Source: Armatimonadia bacterium
GTDB lineage: Bacteria; Armatimonadota; Zipacnadia; Zipacnadales; UBA11051
DNA length: 62,953 nucleotides
Direction: 5' to 3'
Assembly: GCA_039683575.1 (NCBI GenBank)
Contig: JBDKRC010000044.1
Span: forward strand, 1 to 62,953
Shown here: in pieces, positions 10,041 to 18,382 of the stretch
Position numbering within the stretch: position 1 is the first letter of the stretch
Layout of the letters: every line of letters starts with the position of its first letter
The notes under the pieces: generated by a model
Databases searched by the model: none
The model's input: only the letters and a program-made list of their open reading frames with translations
Told to the model about the DNA's origin: nothing
Program-made: the position numbers and the translations under genes

Positions 10041-10150
10041 GTAGGTTCGGGGGCTAGTGCCCGCTGTAGGGCGGGGGCTCGTACCCCGCCGGCCGTCATC
10101 CCCGACCAACTCTCATTCCGCGGGTAGGAGCGCTCCCCCGAGCGCGACCA
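10041..10150. repeat. Cluster of GTAG-type REP palindromes
   Basis: GTAGGGCGGGGGCTCGTACCCCGCC and GTAGGAGCGCTCCCCCGAGCGCG. Relatives at 8395, 26697, 29101, 36746-36833, 46307-46374, 52871, 55097-55150 and 56901. Confidence 0.8.
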
Positions 10151-10221
10151 TCAACGACCTCCCCTCGCCCCGTTCCCCCTACGACCGTTTTCCGTTTCCG
10201 TTTCGCCTCTCCCTCTCCCCC

Positions 10222-10237
10222 TGGCACGCATCTTGCA
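10222..10237 (+). promoter_or_regulatory. Sigma54 (-24/-12) promoter of flgB
   Basis: TGGCACGCATCTTGCA matches the consensus TGGCACG-N4-TTGCW exactly. Confidence 0.85.
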
Positions 10238-10250
10238 TCTGTCCTCCCCG

Positions 10251-10640
10251 ATGTCATCCTACCTCACCGACAACACCGTCTCCGCACTCTCCAAGGCCCT
10301 CCAGGGCCAGGCCCTGCGCCAGCGCACGGTCGCCAATAACCTCGCCAACGTAGACACGCCCGGCTACCGGCCCCAGCGCGTGGACTTCGAGGCCCAGCTT
10401 CGCCACGCCCTCGCCTCCGCCGATGGCGACAATCCCGCCTCCTCCGCCGTCATTGATGCCATCCGCCCGCAAGCCTCCACCTCGTCCTCGCCCGCCCTGC
10501 GCCGCGATGGCAATGCCGTGGACCTTGAGACCGAGATGGTAGAACTCGCCGAGAGCAGCACACATTACAACGCCCTCATCCGCCTGCTCTCAAAGAAGCT
10601 GCAAATGCTCAAATCAGTAGCCACCGAAGGTGGCAAGTAA
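10251..10640 (+). CDS. flgB: Flagellar basal-body rod protein FlgB
   Basis: RQRTVANNLANVDTPGYRP; RRDGNAVDLETEM. Confidence 0.95.
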   Translation: MSSYLTDNTVSALSKALQGQALRQRTVANNLANVDTPGYRPQRVDFEAQLRHALASADGDNPASSAVIDAIRPQASTSSSPALRRDGNAVDLETEMVELAESSTHYNALIRLLSKKLQMLKSVATEGGK

Positions 10641-10641
10641 C

Positions 10642-10742
10642 GCGTAGGCAGGTTCATCCTTGAACCTGCAAATGACCGCGTGTAGGCAGGTTCATCGCGA
10701 ACCTGCAATGACCGCGTAGGCGGGTTCGTCTCGAACCCGCAA
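10642..10742. repeat. Three tandem GTAG-type hairpin repeats between flgB and flgC
   Basis: GTAGGC(A/G)GGTTC-loop-GAACC(T/C)GCAA x3. Two related copies at 37977-38050. Confidence 0.85.
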
Positions 10743-10760
10743 CCAATGGAGCCCTTCACC

Positions 10761-11150
10761 ATGAGCCTCTTCTCCGGCCTCAAAATCAGCGCCAGCGCCC
10801 TCTCGGTCGAGCGCCTTCGCATGAACGTCATCGCCGAGAACATCGCCAACGCCGAAACCACCCGTACGCCCGAGGGCGGACCCTACCGCCGCCGCGAGGT
10901 CCAGATCGCCTCTTCCGGCGAAGCGCCTGGCGTCTATGCCTCGGTCGCATCCGACCCGCGCCCCGATCGCCTCATGTACGATCCCTCCCACCCCGAGGCC
11001 AACGCCGAGGGCTATGTCCGCATGCCCAACGTGGACCTGCCGGCCGAGATGGTGGACATGATGACCGCCACCCGCGCTTACGAGGCCAACACCGTAGCCT
11101 TCCAAAGCCAGCGCCAGACCCAGGAGCGCACCCTCGAACTACTCGCCTAG
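10761..11150 (+). CDS. flgC: Flagellar basal-body rod protein FlgC
   Basis: RMNVIAENIANAETT...GGPYRRR; YDPSHPEANAEGYVRMPNVD; TRAYEAN. Confidence 0.95.
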   Translation: MSLFSGLKISASALSVERLRMNVIAENIANAETTRTPEGGPYRRREVQIASSGEAPGVYASVASDPRPDRLMYDPSHPEANAEGYVRMPNVDLPAEMVDMMTATRAYEANTVAFQSQRQTQERTLELLA

Positions 11151-11214
11151 CCCTCTCACGCGGTTTCTGATCCTTACTATCCTTCTCATCCTGTGAATGC
11201 CATTTCTGAAAGCC

Positions 11215-11589
11215 ATGCTGATCAACTCCTTCCAACCAGCCCAACTCGTCACCCCCGGAGAACTCCCCTCCGCCTCCCGCCTCCCTGTCTCCTGGCCTGA
11301 GACTGGCTCCACGAGCCTGATCCAGCCCGGAATGCCTGCTGCTCAGCAGCCGCTGGCCGACGGTTCACCACCGGAGTTCTCCCAGGTCCTCGGCAAGGAG
11401 CTTGAGCGGGTCAACGACCTCCTCGGCGAGGCCGACGTGCAGGCCCAGCGCGTCGCCACCGGTGACGCGGAGAACCTCCACGAATCCATGCTGGCCATGG
11501 CCGAGGCCGACCTCGCGCTCCAAGTCACCATGCGCGTCACCCAGAAAGCCATCGCCGTCTACCAGGAAATCAGCCGCATGCAGGTATAG
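11215..11589 (+). CDS. fliE: Flagellar hook-basal body protein FliE
   Basis: C-terminus LHESMLAMAEADLALQ...KAIAVYQEISRMQV; synteny. Confidence 0.9.
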   Translation: MLINSFQPAQLVTPGELPSASRLPVSWPETGSTSLIQPGMPAAQQPLADGSPPEFSQVLGKELERVNDLLGEADVQAQRVATGDAENLHESMLAMAEADLALQVTMRVTQKAIAVYQEISRMQV

Positions 11590-11621
11590 TTCCGCTTAGC
11601 CGGAGGGCCGAATGGGGCCTC

Positions 11622-11655
11622 TCCCCCATCCGGCCCGCCACCTTTTCAACCCTCA
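11622..11655. repeat. GGAGGG(G)CCGA...CCGGCCC palindromic repeat family, representative copy
   Basis: Same outer arms at 46380-46404, 54497-54538, 59203-59227 and 59262-59303, with different inner hairpins. Confidence 0.65.
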
Positions 11656-11728
11656 CGGTCTGCGGGAAAAACGCCCCAAATCGTTACATCGGTTAACTTC
11701 TTCTGTCGCGTTTGACACCTGGAATGAC

Positions 11729-13279
11729 ATGCCACAACCGACTTTTGTGACGCAACTAACCTCCCTGTGGCAGCGCCTCGACCGGCGCGCCCGCCTCGTC
11801 ATCATCGCGGCTGCCGCCCTCTGCGTCGGCGGCCTGATCGCCCTCACCCGCGTTGGCTCTGGGACCACCTACACCACGCTCTACAGCAACCTCTCCGCCG
11901 AAGACGCCGGACAGATCACCGAGAAACTCAAGTCCGAGCGCACCGAATACCGCCTCACCGACGGCGGGGCCACCATCCAGGTCCCGACCGACACGGTATA
12001 CGAACTCCGCCTGTCCCTCGCCAAGGAGGGCCTGCCCACCTCTGGACAGGTTGGCTTCGAGATCTTTGACAAGTCTGGCCTCCCCGGCACCCAGTTCAAC
12101 AACCGCGTCAACTACCAGCGTGCCCTGCAGGGCGAGTTGGCGCGCACTATCGGCTCAATGGGCGAGATCCGCAGCGCCCGCGTCCACCTGGTCTTGCCCG
12201 AGGAAAACCTCTTCTCCGAGAAGACCAAAGCCAGCGCCTCGGTGGTCCTTCAGCCCAAATCGGGGGCTGAGGTCACTGCTGAGATGACTGCTGCCATAGC
12301 CCACATCGTCGCCAGCGCGGTTGAGGAGATCACTCCGGAGCAGGTGACCATCGTTGACGCCGGCGGGCGGGTGCTGCGTGGCCCCGAGGACGGCAAATTC
12401 GGGGGCCTCACTGCCAGCCAGTTCGAGATCCAGCGCCAGTACGAAGACCGCCTGTGCCTCAGCCTCCAGTCCATGCTCGACTCGGTCCTCGGCCCCAATC
12501 AGGCCGTTGTACGGGTCCAGGCACAGCTTGATTTCAACGCTGAGGAAGTCAAAGACGAGAACATCGTGCCTGTGGCCGATGGCAAGGGGCTGGTGACGAC
12601 CGAGAAGGTCAAAGAGGAGCAGTACCAGGGCAGCCAGCGGGGTGGCAGCGGCAGCATGGGCCTGCAGCCAAATGTCGGCGTGGCAGGCGCGGGCAGCGGC
12701 CCAGGCCCGGAGGGCGGGGCCTATGTCCAGCGGGATGAGACCCGCCAGTACGAGTTCTCCCGCCGCACCAGCTCCCTGGTCAAGGCGCCCGGCGCCCTGA
12801 AGAATCTGACTGTCGCGGCGGTCATTGATGAGAACCTCACCCCCTCTGCCGAGGACCAGGTGAAGCAGGTCATCACCGCCGCCGCCGGCCTTGATGTGGA
12901 CCGCGGCGACGTTGTGACCGTCGAGCGCATGAAGATCGAGGCGGCTGAACTGGCCAAGAAGCAGGAGCAGGAGTACACCGCAGTCGAGAAGGGCCGCCGC
13001 CGCGACAGCTTCCTGCACACCGCTCTGCGCAGCAGCCTGGTGCTCGTGGCCGCCGCGCTCATCTTCATGAGCATCATGATCGCGATGAGACAGGTGCGCG
13101 GGATGGACCTTGGCCTGGCGGAGCCAACCACGGAGATTCCGCCCGCCGAGGAGGAGCCCGCCTCTCCCCCGCCAGCCCTCAACGAGCACGCGCGCCAGCA
13201 ACTGCGCCAGATGACCCGTCAGGATGCGGGGGTAGTGGCTGACCGCCTCCGCGCCCTGCTCGAAGGCGAGCGCAACTGA
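11729..13279 (+). CDS. fliF: Flagellar M-ring protein FliF
   Basis: Two TM segments; VGFEIFD; YQRALQGELARTI; ARVHLVLPE; ASASVVL. Confidence 0.95.
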   Translation: MPQPTFVTQLTSLWQRLDRRARLVIIAAAALCVGGLIALTRVGSGTTYTTLYSNLSAEDAGQITEKLKSERTEYRLTDGGATIQVPTDTVYELRLSLAKEGLPTSGQVGFEIFDKSGLPGTQFNNRVNYQRALQGELARTIGSMGEIRSARVHLVLPEENLFSEKTKASASVVLQPKSGAEVTAEMTAAIAHIVASAVEEITPEQVTIVDAGGRVLRGPEDGKFGGLTASQFEIQRQYEDRLCLSLQSMLDSVLGPNQAVVRVQAQLDFNAEEVKDENIVPVADGKGLVTTEKVKEEQYQGSQRGGSGSMGLQPNVGVAGAGSGPGPEGGAYVQRDETRQYEFSRRTSSLVKAPGALKNLTVAAVIDENLTPSAEDQVKQVITAAAGLDVDRGDVVTVERMKIEAAELAKKQEQEYTAVEKGRRRDSFLHTALRSSLVLVAAALIFMSIMIAMRQVRGMDLGLAEPTTEIPPAEEEPASPPPALNEHARQQLRQMTRQDAGVVADRLRALLEGERN

Positions 13280-13304
13280 TGCCGACGGGTGGCCTCACTA
13301 TACT

Positions 13305-13374
13305 GTGGGAGGGGTCTCCAGCCCCCGATGGCGCTACGGTGCAGGCAAGGTCGGGGTCTGGAGACCCCTCCCAC
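13305..13374. repeat. Inverted pair of GTGGGAGGGG-type REP elements
   Basis: GTGGGAGGGGTCTCCAGCCCCCGA and GTCGGGGTCTGGAGACCCCTCCCAC. Relatives at 37398, 50426, 51227, 61668 and 62801. Confidence 0.85.
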
Positions 13375-13439
13375 AAGGGATTCTCATCTTCCGGAAATGA
13401 TCTAGTCCAACTGATTCCCATCTTTGGCAGGGCACCAGC

Positions 13440-14141
13440 ATGACCGCTTCATTCCAGCCCACCTTCGCACCCTCCGCACAGTCCCCGGCCTTCACGCCCC
13501 TCTTCCCAACCTCACCCGAAGCCTTTTCGGCTTCCCTTTGGGAGCCCAAGCCTCCAGCCCCTCCACCCGCCGAGCCCGAGGAAGTGCTCGCCGTGACGGA
13601 AGTCGAAGCGGAGCGGCTACTGGCCGAAGCGCAAGCCCGCGCTGATGAGCTCGTGGCGGCACAGGTGCGGCAGGCGGTTGAAGCGGCGCGGCAGGAGCAA
13701 GTGGAGGCTTTCACTCAGGCGTCTGAGACGCTGCTTGCCTCACTGGAGCGGAACACCAACGCCCGGCTCGATGGAGTCGAGAAACAAATGGCGCTGCTAC
13801 TGAGCCACCTCCTCGAGCGCCTCGTCCATCAGCAGATCGCGGCTGACGATCAGGCCATCGTCTCGCTGGTGCGCGCGGCCTTGCAGCGGCTGACGGAGAG
13901 CGGGCGCGTGCAGGTAGTCATCGCCCCCCAGCACGAACCGGCGCTGCGGCAGGCCTATGACGACTTGGCGGCAGTTCTGCGCGAGGACACCCGCCTTGAG
14001 ATAGTGGTCGCCGATACCGCTGAAGCGGCAGGCTGTGTCGTGCATGGAGACCGGGAGAGCATAGACGCGCGGCTCTCGACCCGTCTCGAAGCCATTGGTC
14101 AGACGATTCAGCAGACCGTGCTGGGTGACGCGGCCGCATGA
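13440..14141 (+). CDS. fliH: Flagellar assembly protein FliH
   Basis: Ala/Glu-rich coiled coil; C-terminal [26 protein letters not shown] overlap with fliI. Confidence 0.85.
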   Translation: MTASFQPTFAPSAQSPAFTPLFPTSPEAFSASLWEPKPPAPPPAEPEEVLAVTEVEAERLLAEAQARADELVAAQVRQAVEAARQEQVEAFTQASETLLASLERNTNARLDGVEKQMALLLSHLLERLVHQQIAADDQAIVSLVRAALQRLTESGRVQVVIAPQHEPALRQAYDDLAAVLREDTRLEIVVADTAEAAGCVVHGDRESIDARLSTRLEAIGQTIQQTVLGDAAA

Positions 14142-15448
14142 CCATCTGCGACCGTCTTCTGCCCGCTCTGGACGACCTTGACCTGCTCCCGCGTATGGGG
14201 CAGGTCACCCGCTCGGTTGGCCTCATCGTGGAGTCCAGCGGCCCGCGTGCCCGCATCGGCGACCTGTGCGAAATCCGCGACGAGGCCCATGCGCCGGTGC
14301 TGGCCGAGGTCGTCGGCTTCCGTGGCGACAACCTCGTCATGATGCCCCTGGGCCGCACCGAGACCATTGCGATGGGCGGCGAGGTGCGCTCTGCGGGGGC
14401 CTTCGATCTCTGGCCAAGCGAGAAGATGCTCGGCCGGGTGCTTGACGGCCTCGGTCAGCCCCTCGACGGCCTGCCTCTCCCCCGTGGTCCGCGCGCTGTG
14501 CCGGTCATAGCCACTCCCCCCTCCCCTCTGAGCCGCCAGCGCATCACCGAGCCCCTGTCGCTTGGCGTCCGGGCCCTCGACGGCCTGTTGACCTGCGGAC
14601 GCGGCCAGCGCCTCGGCATCTTCGCCGGCGCTGGCGTGGGCAAGAGCACCCTCCTGGGCACCATCGCCCGGTCCACCCGCGCCGACATCAATGTCATCGC
14701 CCTCATCGGCGAGCGTGGGCGCGAGGTCCGCGAGTTCATCGAGCGCGACCTCGGCGAGGACGGGCTGAGACGCTCAGTGGTCGTCGCCGTGACCGGAGAC
14801 GAGCCGCCGCTAGTCCGCATCAAGGGCGCGTATGTGGCCACCGCGATAGCCGAGTACTTCCGTGACCAGGGCCAGCATGTGCTGCTGATGATGGACTCGG
14901 TCACTCGCTTTGCGTGGGCCCAGCGCGAAGTCGGCCTCGCCAGCGGCGAACCCCCCACGCGCAATGGCTACACGCCCTCGGTCTTCGCGGCCCTCCCCCG
15001 TCTGCTCGAACGCGCCGGCTGCAGCGACCGCGGCAGCATCACCGGCCTCTACACCGTGCTCGTGGAGGGCGACGACCTCAACGACCCCGCCGCCGACGCC
15101 GCGCGCAGCATCCTCGACGGCCACATAGTCCTCTCGCGCCAGTTGGCCTCGCGTGGCCACTACCCCGCCATAGACGTCCTGCAAAGCGTCAGCAGGCTGA
15201 TGAGCGACATCGCCACGCCGGAGCACCTGCGGGCCGCGCAGAAGCTACGTCAGGCGCTGGCGGACTACCAGGAGGCCGAGGACCTGATCAACCTGGGGGC
15301 TTACGTGGCCGGGAGCAACCCGAAGATAGACGAGGCGATTGCGCTACGCGACGGCATCACGGAGTTCCTGTGCCAGCGGACGGGCGAAGCGAGCGGGTTT
15401 GAGGAGACGGTGGAGGGGTTGAAGGTGGCGGTGGGGCTGTCTGCTTGA
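14138..15448 (+). CDS. fliI: Flagellar export ATPase FliI
   Basis: Walker [18 protein letters not shown]; Walker [19 protein letters not shown]. Confidence 0.95.
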   Translation: MTICDRLLPALDDLDLLPRMGQVTRSVGLIVESSGPRARIGDLCEIRDEAHAPVLAEVVGFRGDNLVMMPLGRTETIAMGGEVRSAGAFDLWPSEKMLGRVLDGLGQPLDGLPLPRGPRAVPVIATPPSPLSRQRITEPLSLGVRALDGLLTCGRGQRLGIFAGAGVGKSTLLGTIARSTRADINVIALIGERGREVREFIERDLGEDGLRRSVVVAVTGDEPPLVRIKGAYVATAIAEYFRDQGQHVLLMMDSVTRFAWAQREVGLASGEPPTRNGYTPSVFAALPRLLERAGCSDRGSITGLYTVLVEGDDLNDPAADAARSILDGHIVLSRQLASRGHYPAIDVLQSVSRLMSDIATPEHLRAAQKLRQALADYQEAEDLINLGAYVAGSNPKIDEAIALRDGITEFLCQRTGEASGFEETVEGLKVAVGLSA

Positions 15449-15463
15449 CTTGACCGGCCGCTG

Positions 15464-15592
15464 GTGCACATAATCTGGAACGGGAAGCTCTACCAGTACA
15501 ATAAAGTGCGACCGATTTTTGTTGAGGAAGACCACGAGATCATCGTCGTGACCGTGTATACATATTACTTTGATGGAGGCGAGGGCGAATGA
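15464..15592 (+). pseudogene. C-terminal remnant of a DUF4258-like toxin
   Basis: Not in the track. Reads WNGKLYQYNKVRPIFVEEDHEIIVVTVYTYYF and overlaps the DUF2283 gene by ATGA. The frame is closed upstream by the fliI stop, so the N-terminal half is absent. Confidence 0.65.
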
Positions 15593-15807
15593 AGATCACC
15601 TACGACGCTGAAGTTGATGCCCTGTACATCCGCTTCGCTGACACCACCGTTACCACGAAGGAACTTGGTGACGGCATCGCGGTCGATTTCGATGCGGAGG
15701 GCAATCTGGCGGGCATTGAAGTGCTCGATGCGAAGAAGCGCCTTGGTGCTACCGACCCCTTCCGCTCAATCACACTTGAGGATATCGCGCTCGCCCACCC
15801 GGCGTAG
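15589..15807 (+). CDS. DUF2283-family protein (putative antitoxin)
   Basis: MKITYDAEVDALYIRF...GIAVDFDAEGNLAGIEVLDA; GGAGG SD. Confidence 0.85.
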   Translation: MKITYDAEVDALYIRFADTTVTTKELGDGIAVDFDAEGNLAGIEVLDAKKRLGATDPFRSITLEDIALAHPA

Positions 15808-15830
15808 CCGACTATCGGGGAAGAAACACC

Positions 15831-16139
15831 GTGATCGACAACCACGAGATGGAAAAGCGTGCAATGGAGTTGTTCCGGCAGGGCCGGGGCAAGGAAGCCA
15901 GCGCGCTGCAGGATGAGTTTCTCGCCGAGATCAATCGCCTGGGCGTGGACCACTGCACCTGCCCCGGCAACTGCAAGTTCCACGGCAAGTGCGTCGAGTG
16001 TGTGATCTGCCATCGCGGCCACGGCGACCATCTCCCCCACTGCTTCCGCAATATGCTCAACGAGCGGCTGGCGAAGCTGTCCGAGCTGAGCGAGCATAGC
16101 TTCGGGCGCCAGTCGGCAGCCCCCAGGACCAACGAGTAG
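15831..16139 (+). CDS. Small Cys/His-rich putative metal-binding protein
   Basis: DHCTCPGNCKFHGKCVECVICHRGHGDHLPHC. Confidence 0.75.
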   Translation: MIDNHEMEKRAMELFRQGRGKEASALQDEFLAEINRLGVDHCTCPGNCKFHGKCVECVICHRGHGDHLPHCFRNMLNERLAKLSELSEHSFGRQSAAPRTNE

Positions 16140-16181
16140 TCCCTCAGGAACAATCGTTACTGCAGCACAAGCGCACTCCGT

Positions 16182-18203
16182 TCACTCATACGCCCTGAAG
16201 AACGCCAGGCAAGTCTCGATCACCAGGTCCGTCTGAAAGACGAGGCCGTAGGTGCTGCGGTAACCGGCGGGGACTTCCACTATGAGACCCAGCCGGTTCG
16301 GACATGCAGAGGTGATCAGCGTCGGGCGAACCTGCTCCCAGCTTATCGTCTCCATGGCATACTGCTGTACCCCCGGCCGATTTGCCTCGCGGAGTACGTA
16401 GCGGTCGGCCATGGCCTCATCGAAGCGCTGCGCCATGTCGTGAACGCGGTCCTCGTTTCCCGGCTGACCTGTGGAGGGAATGAAGATCAGTCGGTTGTTG
16501 CCCGCGCCCCCCGCGTTGCCGTGGAAATCCAGCACCGCCCGCGGGTTGACCCGGTCCAGAACGCGCTTCCAGGCCTGCGTCTCGGGTTCCGAATATGGCG
16601 CCGTTCCCTTCCAGTCATAGCAGCCGGGGCCGTAGACACCGTCCTTGTTGGGTGTGCCCGCGTACTCCTGCCAGCGCACGTCGCCATTGCGATTGAGGTC
16701 CACCTTGTTGGCGTTGTGCCTCGCCGGGTTGTCATAGCCCCACGGGTTGACGAGCGGCATCATCACCAGTTGGTAACGCCCGAAGTCAAACAGCTTCTCC
16801 TCAGGCCGCTCCAGCAGCCGCTCCGCCAGCGCCAGGAGCCCGTAGGCCGACTCCCATTCGCTGCCATGGGCCGCCCCGTATATGAAGATCGCTGGTTTGC
16901 CCTCATCCCCCAGGCTCAGGGTGTACATGCGCTGATCGCCGGAACTGGGCCCCTCGTCGCGCAACCGGGCCTCTTTGTGACTCTCCGCCAGCTTGCGCAT
17001 CATCTCCACGAACTCCGCGTATGGCATCCTCTGCGCAAAATGCCGGCCATAGCGCACGGAGTTGCCCAGCAGGTTGCCGGCAAACAGGTACTTGTTGAAG
17101 CTCCCAGGTTGGTTCCAGACCGGCTCAGGCAGCCCACTCAGGTCTGTCGCGAGCAAGGCACCCGTCCCCATCTTCTCATAGACCACCAGTGCGCTGCCGT
17201 CTGCGGCTTCACAGAGTACCTGCCCGGTGATCTTGCCCTGAAGCGAGCGCTGCACGGTCTTGTCGCGCTCTCCGGCGTACCAGGGAATCGTGTCGCCGCG
17301 CTTGAAGCCACGGGTCACAGAGTGCTCGGCCGCGATCCGCAGTACCGCCTGCTCCGGCGCAAGCGACTGCTCTTTGACCGTGAGCCCCCGCAACCGTGCG
17401 TATAGCGAAAGGTCCGCCACCGCCAGACCGCCCGCCGCCGCAAACGCCTCCACTTTGGCCATGTCGATGCAAGGCGTCGTGCCTCTTTCCAGCGCGATCA
17501 GGCCCCGATAGGCGCCCTTGTCAACGGGTTCGCCGGGCTGCTTCACAGCAAGTGCGGGATAGAGCGTCCGAAGGCTGGAGACAGTCATGTCGTTATCTGG
17601 CGCGTCGGTCACAAGGGCGAGGTCGGCGGTGGCCTTGCGCACGCGGGGAGCGCGTACCACGACCAGTTCGAGATCATCGAAATCTGCTGCCCCGATGGCG
17701 CCGGGCAGTTCTAGGTAGGCCATGAGGTACTTGGTGTTGGCCGGCACCGTGAGACTGACGTTGCTGCGGGTCCAGTCGGACTTGCCGACCACCGGCCGGG
17801 AGGTGGGCTGAGCGGTGATCTCGCCTTTCTCGTCCATGGCGTAGAGGCGCAATGCCGCGTAGCCATCCGGCCCGAGGTCGGTCCTGATCCAGCCAGAAAG
17901 CCGCATCACCGATCCCGGCTCGGCGGCCAGCGTCCGTGTGCTGCCCTGCCTCCAGCGACTGTCGGTCCTGGTGTGGTTGACGATACGCGCGCCTGCTTTG
18001 CCCGACCGCAGAGCTTCTGGCGTGATCGACAACGTGCGTTCGGCACTGTCAGGGGTCCGTCTCTCCCAGCCCTCCTCCCCCGCCTCAAAACCGGGGTTGG
18101 CGAGGAGGTTCGGCCGCTCTGCCTGTGCCCACAGGCCGGCACCTGCGGAAAGACAGAGGGCGCATACGAGAGCGCCCACGCGTAGCATCTTGATCGTCAG
18201 CAT
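16182..18203 (-). CDS. Secreted protein: CBM4/9-like domain plus C-terminal M14 zinc carboxypeptidase domain
   Basis: Signal peptide; NLLANPGFE...ADFDDLEL; HGSE, NPWG, RHNANKVDLNRN and DFHG motifs. Confidence 0.8.
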   Translation of the reverse strand: MLTIKMLRVGALVCALCLSAGAGLWAQAERPNLLANPGFEAGEEGWERRTPDSAERTLSITPEALRSGKAGARIVNHTRTDSRWRQGSTRTLAAEPGSVMRLSGWIRTDLGPDGYAALRLYAMDEKGEITAQPTSRPVVGKSDWTRSNVSLTVPANTKYLMAYLELPGAIGAADFDDLELVVVRAPRVRKATADLALVTDAPDNDMTVSSLRTLYPALAVKQPGEPVDKGAYRGLIALERGTTPCIDMAKVEAFAAAGGLAVADLSLYARLRGLTVKEQSLAPEQAVLRIAAEHSVTRGFKRGDTIPWYAGERDKTVQRSLQGKITGQVLCEAADGSALVVYEKMGTGALLATDLSGLPEPVWNQPGSFNKYLFAGNLLGNSVRYGRHFAQRMPYAEFVEMMRKLAESHKEARLRDEGPSSGDQRMYTLSLGDEGKPAIFIYGAAHGSEWESAYGLLALAERLLERPEEKLFDFGRYQLVMMPLVNPWGYDNPARHNANKVDLNRNGDVRWQEYAGTPNKDGVYGPGCYDWKGTAPYSEPETQAWKRVLDRVNPRAVLDFHGNAGGAGNNRLIFIPSTGQPGNEDRVHDMAQRFDEAMADRYVLREANRPGVQQYAMETISWEQVRPTLITSACPNRLGLIVEVPAGYRSTYGLVFQTDLVIETCLAFFRAYE

Positions 18204-18331
18204 TATGTGACCCCCGTGTTACCAGGTTGTCCGCCGGGCCGCGTCACACGAGCCTTCCCTGGCGGCTTCAGTTCACTGCGCCGGACTCTTGGCCGTCGGT
18301 GGTGCTGAAACCTGCAGTGGCCTGAATCAAC

Positions 18332-18364
18332 AAACGGACGCGCCTTTGTGGGGCGCGCCCGTTT
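18332..18364 (-). terminator. Stem-loop downstream of hcp
   Basis: AAACGGACGCGCC/GGCGCGCCCGTTT inverted repeat, followed by a T-rich stretch on the minus strand. Confidence 0.55.
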
Positions 18365-18382
18365 CGTGCTCAGGTCGCTTCT

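Noticed and set aside
10642-10742. Three hairpin direct repeats as a mini CRISPR array
   Set aside because: No unique spacers and no cas genes; GTAG-headed relatives occur at 37977-38050, so these are REP-type.
13425-13440. Sigma54-like GG-N10-GC motif before fliH
   Set aside because: The -12 element abuts the ATG, so the TSS would fall inside the gene, and TTGC is not matched.
11729-15448. Injectisome-type T3SS
   Set aside because: The context (flgBC, fliE, flagellin, rings, cap) is clearly flagellar.
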